From Candidatus Woesearchaeota archaeon (GTDB lineage Archaea > Nanobdellota > Nanobdellia > Pacearchaeales > GW2011-AR1), in the NCBI GenBank assembly GCA_964357505.1, contig CAYHLN010000002.1, positions 1 to 42,498 of the forward strand: DNA of 42,498 bases. The letters run 5' to 3'. Numbering within the stretch: the stretch's first letter is position 1; the number at the start of each line of letters is the position of its first letter. Made by a program: the position numbers and the translations under genes. This document shows, one piece after another, positions 16,705-26,795 of this stretch. The notes beneath the pieces were generated by a model that saw only the letters and a program-made list of their open reading frames with translations, searched no databases and was not told where the DNA came from.

Positions 16705-17745
16705 GTGGCTCGAATTATAGGAAAGGGGTATTCGTATGATGACGTTCTAATAACTCCTAAATATAATAAAATTTTCTCACGCTCAGAGGTTAGCTTTGAA
16801 ACTAAGGTCACTAAAAATTATAGCTTAAAAATTCCGTTCATCGCTGCTAACATGGACACGATATGTGAAAGCGAAATGGCTATTGCGATTGGCAAGCTCG
16901 GCGGTCTTGGCGTTATCCATCGCTTCTTAACAATTGAACAGCAAGCCCTTGAAGTAAGCAAAGTAAGACAAGAAAATATTCTCGCTTCAGCAGCAGTCGG
17001 AGTAAAAGACTACGAGCTTCGTGTTCCAGCATTAGTTCAAGCAGGCGTGCAAATAATAGTCATAGACATAGCTCACGGGCATTCCAAAAGAGCAGGCAAA
17101 ACTTTAGACTGGATAAAAGCAAACTATCCACAAATAGATGTCATGGCTGGAAATATTGCAACTAAAGATGCCGCTCAATACTTCTTGAGTAAAGGTGCTG
17201 ATGGAATCAAAGTGGGCATCGGTCCAGGCTCGTTATGTGAAACAAGAATAATGGCTGGAGCCGGCATTCCTCAAATAACTGCAATCATGGACGCACATGA
17301 ATCAACGCAAGGACGCGTCCCAATCTGCGCGGACGGTGGAATTCGCTATCCTGGTGACGTTGTAAAAGCAATTGGAGCAGGAGCTGACACAGTAATGATA
17401 GGAAGTATAATTTCAGGAACAGACGAAACCCCTGGCGAGATTGTTCTTCTTGACGGAGAACCTCACAAAGAATACAGGGGAATGGCTAGTTACGACGCAA
17501 CTCTAAAAAAGCAAGAGTTAGATGGCAAAACAGATGGAAAAATAATTAGTGTTGAAGGCCAAAGAATGCAAGTCCCATGTAAGGGCCCAGTTCTTCCAAT
17601 CATAGATAAATTCCTTGGGGGCCTCTCTTCAGGAATGACTTACGTCGGAGCAAAAACTATTCCAGAACTCAAAGCTAAAGCAGACTTCATAGAAATCAGC
17701 TTCGCAGGTTTAGTTGAAAGCCGAGCTCATGGGTTGGATAAATAA
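16705..17745 (+). CDS. IMP dehydrogenase/GMP reductase family protein lacking the CBS subdomain
   Basis: The sequence contains YDDVLITP...PFIAANMDT...[11 protein letters not shown] (catalytic Cys loop)...[14 protein letters not shown]. At 346 aa it has a GMPR-like size. It has a GTG start. Confidence 0.85.
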   Translation: MARIIGKGYSYDDVLITPKYNKIFSRSEVSFETKVTKNYSLKIPFIAANMDTICESEMAIAIGKLGGLGVIHRFLTIEQQALEVSKVRQENILASAAVGVKDYELRVPALVQAGVQIIVIDIAHGHSKRAGKTLDWIKANYPQIDVMAGNIATKDAAQYFLSKGADGIKVGIGPGSLCETRIMAGAGIPQITAIMDAHESTQGRVPICADGGIRYPGDVVKAIGAGADTVMIGSIISGTDETPGEIVLLDGEPHKEYRGMASYDATLKKQELDGKTDGKIISVEGQRMQVPCKGPVLPIIDKFLGGLSSGMTYVGAKTIPELKAKADFIEISFAGLVESRAHGLDK

Positions 17746-17764
17746 TCACTTTTCCAAATAGAAA

Positions 17765-19597
17765 CTAAATCTTCCCCATTTTTCTCGCAAGCTCTTCCGT
17801 CTCGCTCAATAACCGCTCAAATTCATCTAGCCCTTCGTTCCAAAATCTCTTATCAGTAATATCAAATCCAATCGAAGCAAAAAGCTCTTGTGGCGACTTC
17901 GAGTTACCGGCTGAGAAAATATTCTCAACATGCTCAATAAAAGACCCGTCTTTTCTTACAGAAGATTGCAACCTTTTTGAGCTTAGCAATCCGAATGCGT
18001 AGCTGTAAATATAAAAATACTTGTAGAAATGAGTCTGCGTCCATGATATCCACCAGTTTTCCGAACCAGGCGATAAGGCAACAGAATCACCCAGATGAGC
18101 AGCCATGTGCTTCTGGAAAAGCGATCCAATCTCTGCTAAAGAAACATATCCTTTTTCAGCAGCCAGCCGATGAAGCGCCTGCTCAAACCGATATCCAGCA
18201 ACCTGACGGAAAATAGTGCTAACATCGCTATCAAGCTTCATCATTGCCAACGCCAACTTAAGCTCATCATCAGCATCCTTAAGCAGTTCGTCAAGCACAA
18301 AGTCTTCCATAAACGTGCTCGTCACTTCCGCAAAAGAAATGGGCGTATCAAACTGCAACGCATTCTGTTTTTTCGACAACTCTGCATTAATCGCGTGACC
18401 AAACTCATGAGCAAGTGTCAGAACGTCCTTAAGAGTGTTTGTATGATTGAGCATCACGTAGGTTGGATAACGCGCACTCCACCACACGCAAAAAGCTCCA
18501 GCTCGCTTACCTTTTGCAGGATAAACATCAACCTGTCCGTGTTGCAAAAACCGTTCAAAAATAGTTCCAAAACGAGAATGGAGCCCCTTTAAAACCGTGC
18601 CTACCAATTGAGCAGATTCATCAAAGGTAAAGGCGCGAGCAACCTTTCCATAGGGAACATTACGCTCATGATATTCCAAAGCAGTAACTCCAAAGAGCCG
18701 CGCCTTCAAACGATAGTAACGCTGAGAAAGATCGAAGCGCGCTTCTACCGTATCAAGCAATGCATCTACTGCTTCGGTAGAAATATCATCATCCAGATGC
18801 CGCGGCTGATCTGCCCGAGTGTAGCCGCGCAGCACGCAGTTCGTTCGGTGATTCTCCAAGAGAGAATTGATTTCAGCTTCAGCACTTTCTCGGTGTTTAG
18901 CTAAGATCACATTAAACTGTCGCGCTGCTTCATCGCGTACTGTCTTATGCTCATGTTTGAGCAAACTATCTATAGCTGAAAAACTCCGCAGCGCGCGCGT
19001 CCCATCAGGCAACAAAACCTCGCGCTCTTCTTTAGACAAGAAGCTTGAGACCATTTCAACCCAATTTGAATACGACGTTTTAGCCTTGAGAGTCATTATT
19101 TTCTCCTCTGGTTCAGACAGCTGATGTTTTGCTTGTGTGAAGATGCGCTCAAGAAAATGCCGATACTCTTTCAAAGCAACGTGTGAAAGGAAAACCTGCT
19201 GTGTTTTGTCGTTGATCATTCCAAGGTTAAGCCTGAAAAAATCAACCTTCAGCAGCTGTTGATCTTTAAACTCCGTAAACGTGTTACGCAACGCTCGAAC
19301 ATCTGTATTTGTCTGATCCTTCTGTGCCTGCAACCATAAGTGAAAACCTTCCAAACCGCCATCACCAAAAACCGCCACAAGATCCGCGTATTCATCAAGT
19401 GCTTGCTTCAAAATAAGCGGATTACTCAAATAATCCATCCGTGAACGCCAAACACTCTCAAATCGCTCAATGGCCGCAGCAAACGCCGCACGTTCGCTTG
19501 CCTGATCAAAATCCTTTCCAAGAAGGAGAGAATAATCCCATTCGGCCTTATAGTTCATCAAAACAAGCGTATCTGATGATTTATAAAAATACCGCAA
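17765..19597 (-). CDS. pepF: Oligoendopeptidase F-like M3B metallopeptidase
   Basis: The HEFGHAINAE zinc motif and the length of about 600 aa fit. The true start may be the internal Met at 19558. Confidence 0.85.
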   Translation of the reverse strand: MRYFYKSSDTLVLMNYKAEWDYSLLLGKDFDQASERAAFAAAIERFESVWRSRMDYLSNPLILKQALDEYADLVAVFGDGGLEGFHLWLQAQKDQTNTDVRALRNTFTEFKDQQLLKVDFFRLNLGMINDKTQQVFLSHVALKEYRHFLERIFTQAKHQLSEPEEKIMTLKAKTSYSNWVEMVSSFLSKEEREVLLPDGTRALRSFSAIDSLLKHEHKTVRDEAARQFNVILAKHRESAEAEINSLLENHRTNCVLRGYTRADQPRHLDDDISTEAVDALLDTVEARFDLSQRYYRLKARLFGVTALEYHERNVPYGKVARAFTFDESAQLVGTVLKGLHSRFGTIFERFLQHGQVDVYPAKGKRAGAFCVWWSARYPTYVMLNHTNTLKDVLTLAHEFGHAINAELSKKQNALQFDTPISFAEVTSTFMEDFVLDELLKDADDELKLALAMMKLDSDVSTIFRQVAGYRFEQALHRLAAEKGYVSLAEIGSLFQKHMAAHLGDSVALSPGSENWWISWTQTHFYKYFYIYSYAFGLLSSKRLQSSVRKDGSFIEHVENIFSAGNSKSPQELFASIGFDITDKRFWNEGLDEFERLLSETEELARKMGKI

Positions 19598-20410
19598 TTA
19601 AGCACGCGGAACAGCGATCAGGAAGCATTCCTCACCGATATTGTCGCAATCGCGCACGAAAAGCATTATTTGTCCAGACATCCCATACACTGGGTTGACA
19701 CCATCACTACCAATAATCGTTTTTTCACGTAACATTTCAAAATCACGAAAAGCTCTTGCCTTCTTAAAAGCTCCAAACGTATTCTTGTAAATGCCAGTAA
19801 ACTTAATTATTTGTTGCGGACAATAAGCTAGTGGCCCAGATATATTTCCATTAGATCGTAAAAAGCTTATGAGTGCTTTCTCGGCTATTTCTTGTGTTTT
19901 TTCATCACCTAAGTACCCGCATTCAAAGCAGAATCCTGGTTTTACATGTACGTTCATAAAATGGTCTGTTGATCCCGGGTGAAAAGGATCAATATTACAT
20001 ACCACTAAAGAGGAGTCGAAAATAGATGCCGTTTTAATCTGAGATTCTCCGCAGATTACGAAAGGGACAGATTCTTTTGTGAAACTTGCATGTAGATCTA
20101 ACAAAGCATCTGCCCTTTCTAAAAAAGGAATAATACTTTTAGCTGTTTTTCCCTCTAAAGTTCCTTTAATTTCTTCCGCCTGCTCTTTAAAGAAACAACG
20201 GTTAAGATTTACTTCTACAAATCGCTTGTTTTGCCTTATTGCCTCAAGATTCGCATAAATGAAAGTGACTTTTCCGCATTCTATATTCAGGAGAGGAATT
20301 AACAGATCGAACGCCTTAACGCCGCATACCTCGTCTCCATGCACACCTGCCAGTACAACTACATTTTTTCCCGGTTTTAAGCCGTGCTTCTCTATTACGC
20401 GTATGTTCAT
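19598..20410 (-). CDS. Succinylglutamate desuccinylase/aspartoacylase (AstE/AspA, M14-like) family deacylase
   Basis: The N-terminal motif VVLAGVHGDEVCG is present. I place the start at Met-11 (MNIRV), which gives a TAATG overlap with the upstream GNAT stop. The track ORF extends to 20440. Confidence 0.7.
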   Translation of the reverse strand: MNIRVIEKHGLKPGKNVVVLAGVHGDEVCGVKAFDLLIPLLNIECGKVTFIYANLEAIRQNKRFVEVNLNRCFFKEQAEEIKGTLEGKTAKSIIPFLERADALLDLHASFTKESVPFVICGESQIKTASIFDSSLVVCNIDPFHPGSTDHFMNVHVKPGFCFECGYLGDEKTQEIAEKALISFLRSNGNISGPLAYCPQQIIKFTGIYKNTFGAFKKARAFRDFEMLREKTIIGSDGVNPVYGMSGQIMLFVRDCDNIGEECFLIAVPRA

Positions 20411-21015
20411 TACAGCTCTCGCTTTAGGTAAATTCTCCATTCAAATTCTGGATCCGTTATCCCCGTGTTGGTAAATCCTAGTTTAACGAATAGACCCATG
20501 GAAGAGGCATTTCTCTTGTCTGTGCGCAATACCACTTCGCTTACTCCAACTTTTTGAGCAGCTTGAACAAACCGTTCTCCCAATTGAACACCCACGCCCA
20601 ATCTTCTTGAATCGCCACGTACGGCGATATCATCAAGATAAGAACTATTTGGACTAACAGATCCTTTCAGGAAAGGAAATTTTCCAAAGGGTAGCCGATA
20701 TCCCCATGTGGTACCGAGAAGTCTTTCTTGTTTTCCATTTGCAACCGCCACTAAAGCTATTGAGTCCTTCTGATCAAGAGCAAAATCAAGGTCTGCTTTT
20801 ATCCCGTCTCGACTCCAAAATTCTGCGAGACTAAGAGGATTTGTGCATTTCTTACACAACGCTGGAGGGTTTACACTCTCTGCAATTCCATAATTTATTC
20901 CGCAAGAGGTACATTTCCGATATTCGTCCCAAGGTGGTTCAGCAAACGCAGAAACATATACTTCAGTCAGTTGTCTAAAATCCGAAGGAGAATAGTCTCT
21001 AATTAAAAAATTCAT
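20410..21015 (-). CDS. GNAT-family N-acetyltransferase with an inserted CxxC...CxxC zinc-ribbon
   Basis: The acetyl-CoA region is IAVRGDSRRLGVGVQLGERF. The insert is CTSCGINYG...CKKC. I place the start at the ATG at 21015, which has an SD GGGGGTG about 8 nt upstream. Confidence 0.75.
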   Translation of the reverse strand: MNFLIRDYSPSDFRQLTEVYVSAFAEPPWDEYRKCTSCGINYGIAESVNPPALCKKCTNPLSLAEFWSRDGIKADLDFALDQKDSIALVAVANGKQERLLGTTWGYRLPFGKFPFLKGSVSPNSSYLDDIAVRGDSRRLGVGVQLGERFVQAAQKVGVSEVVLRTDKRNASSMGLFVKLGFTNTGITDPEFEWRIYLKREL

Positions 21016-21129
21016 TTTAATCGCACCCCCTTTCACTAGATAATAGAACAATGAAAACGACCAGCACGGGGTGTGCCTTGCGCCTCAGAACTTAAGAAAT
21101 AAGAAAGATAGATGTAACTACAAAAAGTG

Positions 21130-21157
21130 AAAAAAACCAGCGTTTGAAAACGCCTGT
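21130..21157 (-). terminator. Hairpin + T7 tract downstream of csp
   Basis: The minus strand reads CAGGCGTT-TTCA-AACGCTG followed by G-TTTTTTT. It lies about 75 nt past the csp stop. Confidence 0.4.
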
Positions 21158-21231
21158 GCTCCAAATTGAATGCCTTGCATAGCTAAAGCTTTACAGAAGT
21201 ATATTTAAATCTTACTTTAACGCTACTCTAT

Positions 21232-21423
21232 TTATTCCTTAGAAACTTTAACAGCCTTTGGACCCTTGTCGCCCTGCTCTACCGTGAAGCTGACTGTGTC
21301 ATCCTTACGAATAGAAACGCCAGCGCTAAGACCGGTCATGTGAACGAAGTACTCTTTCCCGTCTTCGCCAGCAATGAAGCCGAATCCTTTAGTTTCATTA
21401 AAGAACTTTACTTTGCCTTTCAT
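21232..21423 (-). CDS. cspA: Cold-shock protein (CspA family, bacterial-type OB fold)
   Basis: The sequence contains KGKVKFFNETKGFGFI...YFVH, which carries the RNP1/RNP2 motifs. It is 63 aa. Confidence 0.93.
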   Translation of the reverse strand: MKGKVKFFNETKGFGFIAGEDGKEYFVHMTGLSAGVSIRKDDTVSFTVEQGDKGPKAVKVSKE

Positions 21424-21468
21424 AAATAATGCCTCTTTCTTGCCTTTATAAACGCTTGTATTGAATAA

Positions 21469-21957
21469 TTAAATAAATTTGAAAGCACCAAGCACCACTC
21501 GAGTAGTTGGCATCAACGCATCCTGCGCAGCAAGATCACGCAGCTCATCAAGAAGAAACCATCTTCCTTCAAGAACATCTTCTGCCGGGGTAATAGGCAG
21601 TATAGGCGCCCCACAAAAGGCATGAACATAGCGACGAACGCCATCAAAAGAATGATAGCCTACATTCTGACCGCTAAAGATGAACGGGTCTGACCCAAGT
21701 TCTCGGATAGCGGTCCGATGCGCGGCCTCAGCTGGCTTCTCACCTACTCGCAGCAGCCCCCCACAAGAAACGCCCCACTTTCCAGCCCATAGCGAGTCTC
21801 GCTGCTGGGTGAGGTAAACATGATTAGCACCATTAAGAAGTAAAACATAGATTCCACCAAGAATATCAGTGCGCTTATCTATATCCGCGCGTGGTTTGTC
21901 TCCAATCACGGTTCCTTGTTCATTAAAAAGAGCAATTCGTGAACTGGCCTCTTGCAT
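21469..21957 (-). CDS. Nudix hydrolase
   Basis: A Nudix-box-like segment GGLLRVGEKPAEAAHRTAIRELG is present. Confidence 0.75.
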   Translation of the reverse strand: MQEASSRIALFNEQGTVIGDKPRADIDKRTDILGGIYVLLLNGANHVYLTQQRDSLWAGKWGVSCGGLLRVGEKPAEAAHRTAIRELGSDPFIFSGQNVGYHSFDGVRRYVHAFCGAPILPITPAEDVLEGRWFLLDELRDLAAQDALMPTTRVVLGAFKFI

Positions 21958-22002
21958 GTAAGTAAAAGCTATATCTTAGAATATTTAAAACCAATGTAAA
22001 AT

Positions 22003-22629
22003 CTAGATGTTCCTATTTTTGACATCATTTTTTATCATTTTTACAAGTTCAGGAAACGTAGATATTTTGAAATGTCCATTTTTGCTCTTATAAATTACAA
22101 TCTTTGCTCCCTTGAGCTTTTTTTGATATTTAGATGCATGGGAAACGGGACCTGCATCATCATCTTTGGAAAAGAGTAGGTAAAGATTGTTAGAGTTGTT
22201 TTCAATCATCGATAAATCTGATTTAAGGTTAAAACCGCCCACCAAATCCTCCCCCTCTAAGCTGTTGTCATACGGGGGGCAAATGAGATAGGTTGATAAA
22301 ATTTTCTTGGGAAACTTATTTTCAGATAGATATTTTGCTAAAAATATGCCTCCCAAAGAGAGACCTATGAGAATAACGTTCTTTCTTAAAAAAGGTATAA
22401 TTCTTTCAAAGTGGATTTTCCACTCTTCATAGTGCGCGTTTTCAGATAAAGGCATACGTGGTCGGATAATATCAAATCTCTTTCCTAGTTTTTTATCTAA
22501 ATAATCACCATTCCATCTTATTCCATCTTTTAGAGATATGGAACGGGATTGTAGGTAATGTAAGTAGTCTTTCCTGTTTTTGAAAGTCATGCCCCCATGT
22601 ATAAAACATATCTGAGTTTTAGCTTTCAT
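22003..22629 (-). CDS. Alpha/beta hydrolase (YdeN/RBBP9-like serine hydrolase)
   Basis: It begins CFIHGG and has the nucleophile elbow GLSLGG. It is AT-rich relative to its neighbours and lies 29 nt downstream of nrdJ. Confidence 0.65.
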   Translation of the reverse strand: MKAKTQICFIHGGMTFKNRKDYLHYLQSRSISLKDGIRWNGDYLDKKLGKRFDIIRPRMPLSENAHYEEWKIHFERIIPFLRKNVILIGLSLGGIFLAKYLSENKFPKKILSTYLICPPYDNSLEGEDLVGGFNLKSDLSMIENNSNNLYLLFSKDDDAGPVSHASKYQKKLKGAKIVIYKSKNGHFKISTFPELVKMIKNDVKNRNI

Positions 22630-22658
22630 TCTAATCTATATTTCCATCACTTAAATTC

Positions 22659-25600
22659 TTATTCCCCGCAACCAGAACGTGACGTCTGCTTACAACTTGT
22701 ACAGACAATAGCGCAATTCCCAATACGCTGGGCAGGTCCACCACACAAAGGACACAACAAGCCCTCTTGTAATCCAAAGTCTTTAATCGTCTTCTGCTCA
22801 TCTTTTGAATCATCAAATGCCTCAAGCTCGAACTCAACCTTCCCTGCGCTGCCGCTAAAGTGATTGAGCATGAACTGCGCTACATAGTCAACAATCGAGC
22901 TTGCAGTTCTAATCTTAGATACACGCTCATCAACTTCTCCGCCCTGAATGTTCTTTACAAATCCCGATGGCTCAAACTTCTGATGTCTGAACTTATTGAA
23001 AAGCACTTCAACAGGAATACCATACTGCAAGTTCAACGATACAGAGGTTGCCCAGGTATCCATAAGCCCACGGATAGTAGAGCCTTCCTTGCTCATGGTC
23101 ACGAAAATCTCTCCTGGTTTACCATCATCGTACAAGCCAACCGTCAAATAACCCTTATGCCCTGCAATTTCAAAGCGGTGCGTAATAGCCTTACGTGTTT
23201 GAGGCATATCTCTCTGGCGCACCGTCACAAGCTGATTATCTTTCTTGACCATCTCGCCTTCAGTCTTCTTCGTATTAAGCGGCTGGCTGCGCTTACTATT
23301 CTCTCGATAAATAGCAACTGCCTTCAGTCCCTGCTCCCAGGAAAAGATATACGCATCCATAATATCTTCAACAGTCGAGTGCTCAGGCATATTGACCGTC
23401 TTGCTAATCGCACCAGAGATAAACGGCTGACTTACTGCCATCATCTTGATATGCCCTTTGTAATGGATTGCACGCTTTCCTTTCCCGGGCTTAAAGGCGC
23501 AATCAAACACTCCAAGGTGCTCATCACGCAACGCTGGTGCACCTTCAATCATATCATTCTTATCAATATAGTCAATGATATCAGTAATCTCCATATCGCT
23601 ATAGCCCAATGTCCTCAGCGCCAAAGGTACACTTTGATTCACAATCTTCAGCATGCCTCCGCCAGACAGCACCTTGTACTTAACCAGCGCAATATCTGGC
23701 TCAATGCCCGTTGTGTCACAATCCATCATAAACGCGATAGTATTATGACTGATAAAACCATTAGCAGTATATGTAACATTTTCTGGAACAGAAATATCGT
23801 ACGTTGGTTGCACCCCGCCATCAATGTTAGAACCTATGACATCGTAGAAAAACTGAAGTGCCCACAAAAGTTGAGGATGCTTAGTGTCCTGATAGAGTTG
23901 AATCGCTCTTTCTCGTGGAATCGCATGATGCCTCTTCAAAGACAACAAAACAGTATCGCGATATTTGCTCCCCACAGGTACCGCTTCTTCAATAATCTCT
24001 TCAGGTAAATACACATAATCTCTCTTGCCAGTCTGCGAACTGCGCGATGCGACTGCATCGGTCTTCCTTGCCCCCATGAAACCAATTGCCTCCAAGAACA
24101 GTTTATTGTACGAAATATTTTTCAGCCTCATCACATAAACAGGGGCTGCCCCATATCCCGAAACATTCTCTTTTGTAGAAGTAGGGTAGCCAAGGCTTAA
24201 AAGCAACGTTCTAATTTCGCCAGCAAATTCCTTACTTGCAGTACAGATGGAAGGATTCCCGAGCCCAACAGTTCCGTCAGCTTCAAAAAGCCCCCTCAAA
24301 AACGCGCCATAAATTTTCCTATCGTTGGTGCATAATATAGAATCTGGAATATGGGGGGTATAACCCTTGCCAGAATGGCTTTCAGAAGGTCTCAACTTAG
24401 AAAATCCGCAGGCATCCCACCACATAGTCAAGGGAACAGAATGAACAGCGACTTCCTTGTATCCCTCCTTCTGCGACAGATGAATCCCCAGATTAAAGAC
24501 AGATGTAACAAGCTGTCTCAACCGTTCAACAACATCCTCATCCTTATTATCAACGCAAAATCGTAGCCCCTTGCTATGGAGACTCCCATCACCCATAAAG
24601 TAGCCAATAAGCTCTGCAAGTTCAGCAGTCATTTTTTTAGGCGTCACCAAGTTAAAGTCAGTATTCCAATGCAGTTCTGGAGCTGGAGGCAAGAGCACGT
24701 CTTGCTCATCGCCAAAAATAGTATTCATGGCCAAAGGAACAACATCTCCTTCCTGGATTTCATCAAATCTCTTCCAAGTCCATTGCCTTGTTTCAGCATC
24801 CACGATCTTTACTTTATGTTTCTCCGTTCCCTGGATTTCATATCCTGAAGAAGTCACGATTTTTCTCGTGCTCGCTTCTCCGTTAATATAAAATTTCGTC
24901 GCCTCCTTTGGACCCTCGTCAGTCATCACCTTAAAAGAGACATCTTGCCATTGGTTACCTTTTTTATTTCCCAGACTCCGTAGCCTTACAAGTCCCTTAT
25001 TCGTAGAAATCAGGGAACTCTCAACAAGGCATCCTGTTGGTGCCAGTACACTTGCTTGCGCATTCCGGTACCCATGCTTCTCGCCCAACGTCACGGCCTC
25101 GCTCCAACAATCCCATGCATCATTCGCCAAATAACGCAGTTCAGAAGGCATTTTATTGACTTCAATCTTCTTCACCGCATCACGATGCATGCGCATGACT
25201 TCAAGCATTGGTTCCTTATTCTTCATGTAGCCTGGGAACGGCCCCACAGCGCGAGCAATCTCTGCAGACATCCGATATGCCTCACCACACATAATAGCAG
25301 TCAATGCCGCAGCCACAGCTCGCCCTTCATCAGAATCATAGGGCAACCCATAGCTCATCAATAACGCTCCAAGATTAGCATATCCCAAACCAAGCGGCCG
25401 GAAGTCGTGAGAGTTACGCGCAATCTTCTGAGTCGGATAACTTGCGCCATCAACAATCAAATCCATAGCCAGAATAAATGTGCGCACCACACTCTTGTAT
25501 TTCTCAACGTCAAACTTGCCATCTTCAGTTCTAAATTTCATTAAATTGATCGACGCCAAATTACAAGCAGAATCATCAAGGTGCATATATTCACTGCACG

Positions 25601-26795
25601 GATTACTTGCATTGATTCGTCCGCTATTTTTTACAGTATGCCACTCGTTAATAGTCGTATCAAATTGCATTCCAGGGTCACCACAAATATAGGTACCTTC
25701 AGCAATCTTTCGCATCACTTCACGAGCCTTGAACGTCTCACACGTTGCGCCGCCATACACATACTTGGTCTGCCACTCACCATCACTCTTGACAGCCTCC
25801 ATGAAGGAATCAGTAGCCCGTACAGACATATTACAATTCTGATAGCTAATACTTGCATACGCCTCTCCATTCATACCTCCATCATATCCTTGCTCAATAA
25901 GCGCCCAAGCTTTTTTCTCTTCTTTAGACTTAGACTCAATAAATTCAATAATATCCGGATGGTCTATATTCAAGATCTCCATCTTTGCAGCCCTTCTTGT
26001 TTTACCACCAGACTTAATGACAGAAGCGTACGCATCATACCCTTTCATGAATGATACCGGTCCGGAAGCGCGTCCGCCGCCAGTCAGCCGCTCCTTGGAG
26101 CTTCGTAGTGGTGATCGATTTGATCCTGTACCAGAACCTGCCTTGAACAAGTTTGCTTCAGCCACTTGTACTTCCATAATAGATTCCATATTATCTTGAA
26201 CGCTTTGGATGAAGCACGCTGAGCATTGCGGCCGATTCATTGTTTTCACCGAGTGAATGATCGTATCAGTTGGAGCATCCCACACATACGCAGATACGCC
26301 ACCAGCCTGCGGATTATATTCCTGAATACCCACGTTAAACCAGACAGGCGAATTAAACACGGAAAGCTGATTCAAACAAATAGCAGCAACCTCATCTCTG
26401 AAAGCATTTGCTTGCTCTTCAGTTAAATAACGCTGCAAGACTCCTTGGACGCCCATCCATCTCGCAATACGACCAACAAGCTGCTCAATAGAATTCTCAC
26501 GTTCGCCCTTTAACTGATCTCCCCAGAAGTACCTTCCAGCAACTACTTTGATCGCAAGTGGCGACCAAAAGTCTGGTCGACGAACAGCAGGCTGAGTAAA
26601 GATGACTTTTCCCATATCATCTGTCACTTTAACATCTTCAGAAATCCATTTGATAGGATTACCTACAATATCAAGCTCAAAGGGACTCTTTCCATGTCGC
26701 GTGAAGAAACGCTCATACTTCAGAGGCTCAAAATGCATCCCAGACAGCTGCGCACGCTCTGGCGACTCGTCATTAGCAAAATGTTGTCCGTTCAT
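22659..26795 (-). CDS. nrdJ: Class II (adenosylcobalamin-dependent) ribonucleotide reductase, intein-containing precursor
   Basis: The active-site motif SNPCSEY is present. The APTG|...|TIAFMMDCDTTGIEPD motif is interrupted by the intein. A C-terminal CPLCGG...CTSC zinc ribbon is present. The exteins total 948 aa. Confidence 0.93.
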   Translation of the reverse strand: MNGQHFANDESPERAQLSGMHFEPLKYERFFTRHGKSPFELDIVGNPIKWISEDVKVTDDMGKVIFTQPAVRRPDFWSPLAIKVVAGRYFWGDQLKGERENSIEQLVGRIARWMGVQGVLQRYLTEEQANAFRDEVAAICLNQLSVFNSPVWFNVGIQEYNPQAGGVSAYVWDAPTDTIIHSVKTMNRPQCSACFIQSVQDNMESIMEVQVAEANLFKAGSGTGSNRSPLRSSKERLTGGGRASGPVSFMKGYDAYASVIKSGGKTRRAAKMEILNIDHPDIIEFIESKSKEEKKAWALIEQGYDGGMNGEAYASISYQNCNMSVRATDSFMEAVKSDGEWQTKYVYGGATCETFKAREVMRKIAEGTYICGDPGMQFDTTINEWHTVKNSGRINASNPCSEYMHLDDSACNLASINLMKFRTEDGKFDVEKYKSVVRTFILAMDLIVDGASYPTQKIARNSHDFRPLGLGYANLGALLMSYGLPYDSDEGRAVAAALTAIMCGEAYRMSAEIARAVGPFPGYMKNKEPMLEVMRMHRDAVKKIEVNKMPSELRYLANDAWDCWSEAVTLGEKHGYRNAQASVLAPTGCLVESSLISTNKGLVRLRSLGNKKGNQWQDVSFKVMTDEGPKEATKFYINGEASTRKIVTSSGYEIQGTEKHKVKIVDAETRQWTWKRFDEIQEGDVVPLAMNTIFGDEQDVLLPPAPELHWNTDFNLVTPKKMTAELAELIGYFMGDGSLHSKGLRFCVDNKDEDVVERLRQLVTSVFNLGIHLSQKEGYKEVAVHSVPLTMWWDACGFSKLRPSESHSGKGYTPHIPDSILCTNDRKIYGAFLRGLFEADGTVGLGNPSICTASKEFAGEIRTLLLSLGYPTSTKENVSGYGAAPVYVMRLKNISYNKLFLEAIGFMGARKTDAVASRSSQTGKRDYVYLPEEIIEEAVPVGSKYRDTVLLSLKRHHAIPRERAIQLYQDTKHPQLLWALQFFYDVIGSNIDGGVQPTYDISVPENVTYTANGFISHNTIAFMMDCDTTGIEPDIALVKYKVLSGGGMLKIVNQSVPLALRTLGYSDMEITDIIDYIDKNDMIEGAPALRDEHLGVFDCAFKPGKGKRAIHYKGHIKMMAVSQPFISGAISKTVNMPEHSTVEDIMDAYIFSWEQGLKAVAIYRENSKRSQPLNTKKTEGEMVKKDNQLVTVRQRDMPQTRKAITHRFEIAGHKGYLTVGLYDDGKPGEIFVTMSKEGSTIRGLMDTWATSVSLNLQYGIPVEVLFNKFRHQKFEPSGFVKNIQGGEVDERVSKIRTASSIVDYVAQFMLNHFSGSAGKVEFELEAFDDSKDEQKTIKDFGLQEGLLCPLCGGPAQRIGNCAIVCTSCKQTSRSGCGE
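23742..25031 (-). mobile_element. Intein (430 aa) with a LAGLIDADG homing-endonuclease domain
   Basis: It starts with Cys (G|CLVESSLIS) and has block B GTEKHKV. The two LAGLIDADG motifs are LIGYFMGDGSL and LRGLFEADGTV. It ends ...NGFISHN|T, so the +1 residue is Thr. It is in frame, and its removal restores APTG-TIAF. Confidence 0.9.

Noticed and set aside
22860-24008. A 382-aa plus-strand ORF, the longest unannotated ORF in the track.
   Set aside because: It lies entirely antisense to the C-terminal part of nrdJ and the intein, whose minus-strand frame carries unmistakable RNR and intein motifs. Its translation is low-complexity (Leu/Arg/Ile/Asn rich) with no motif. It is a shadow ORF.
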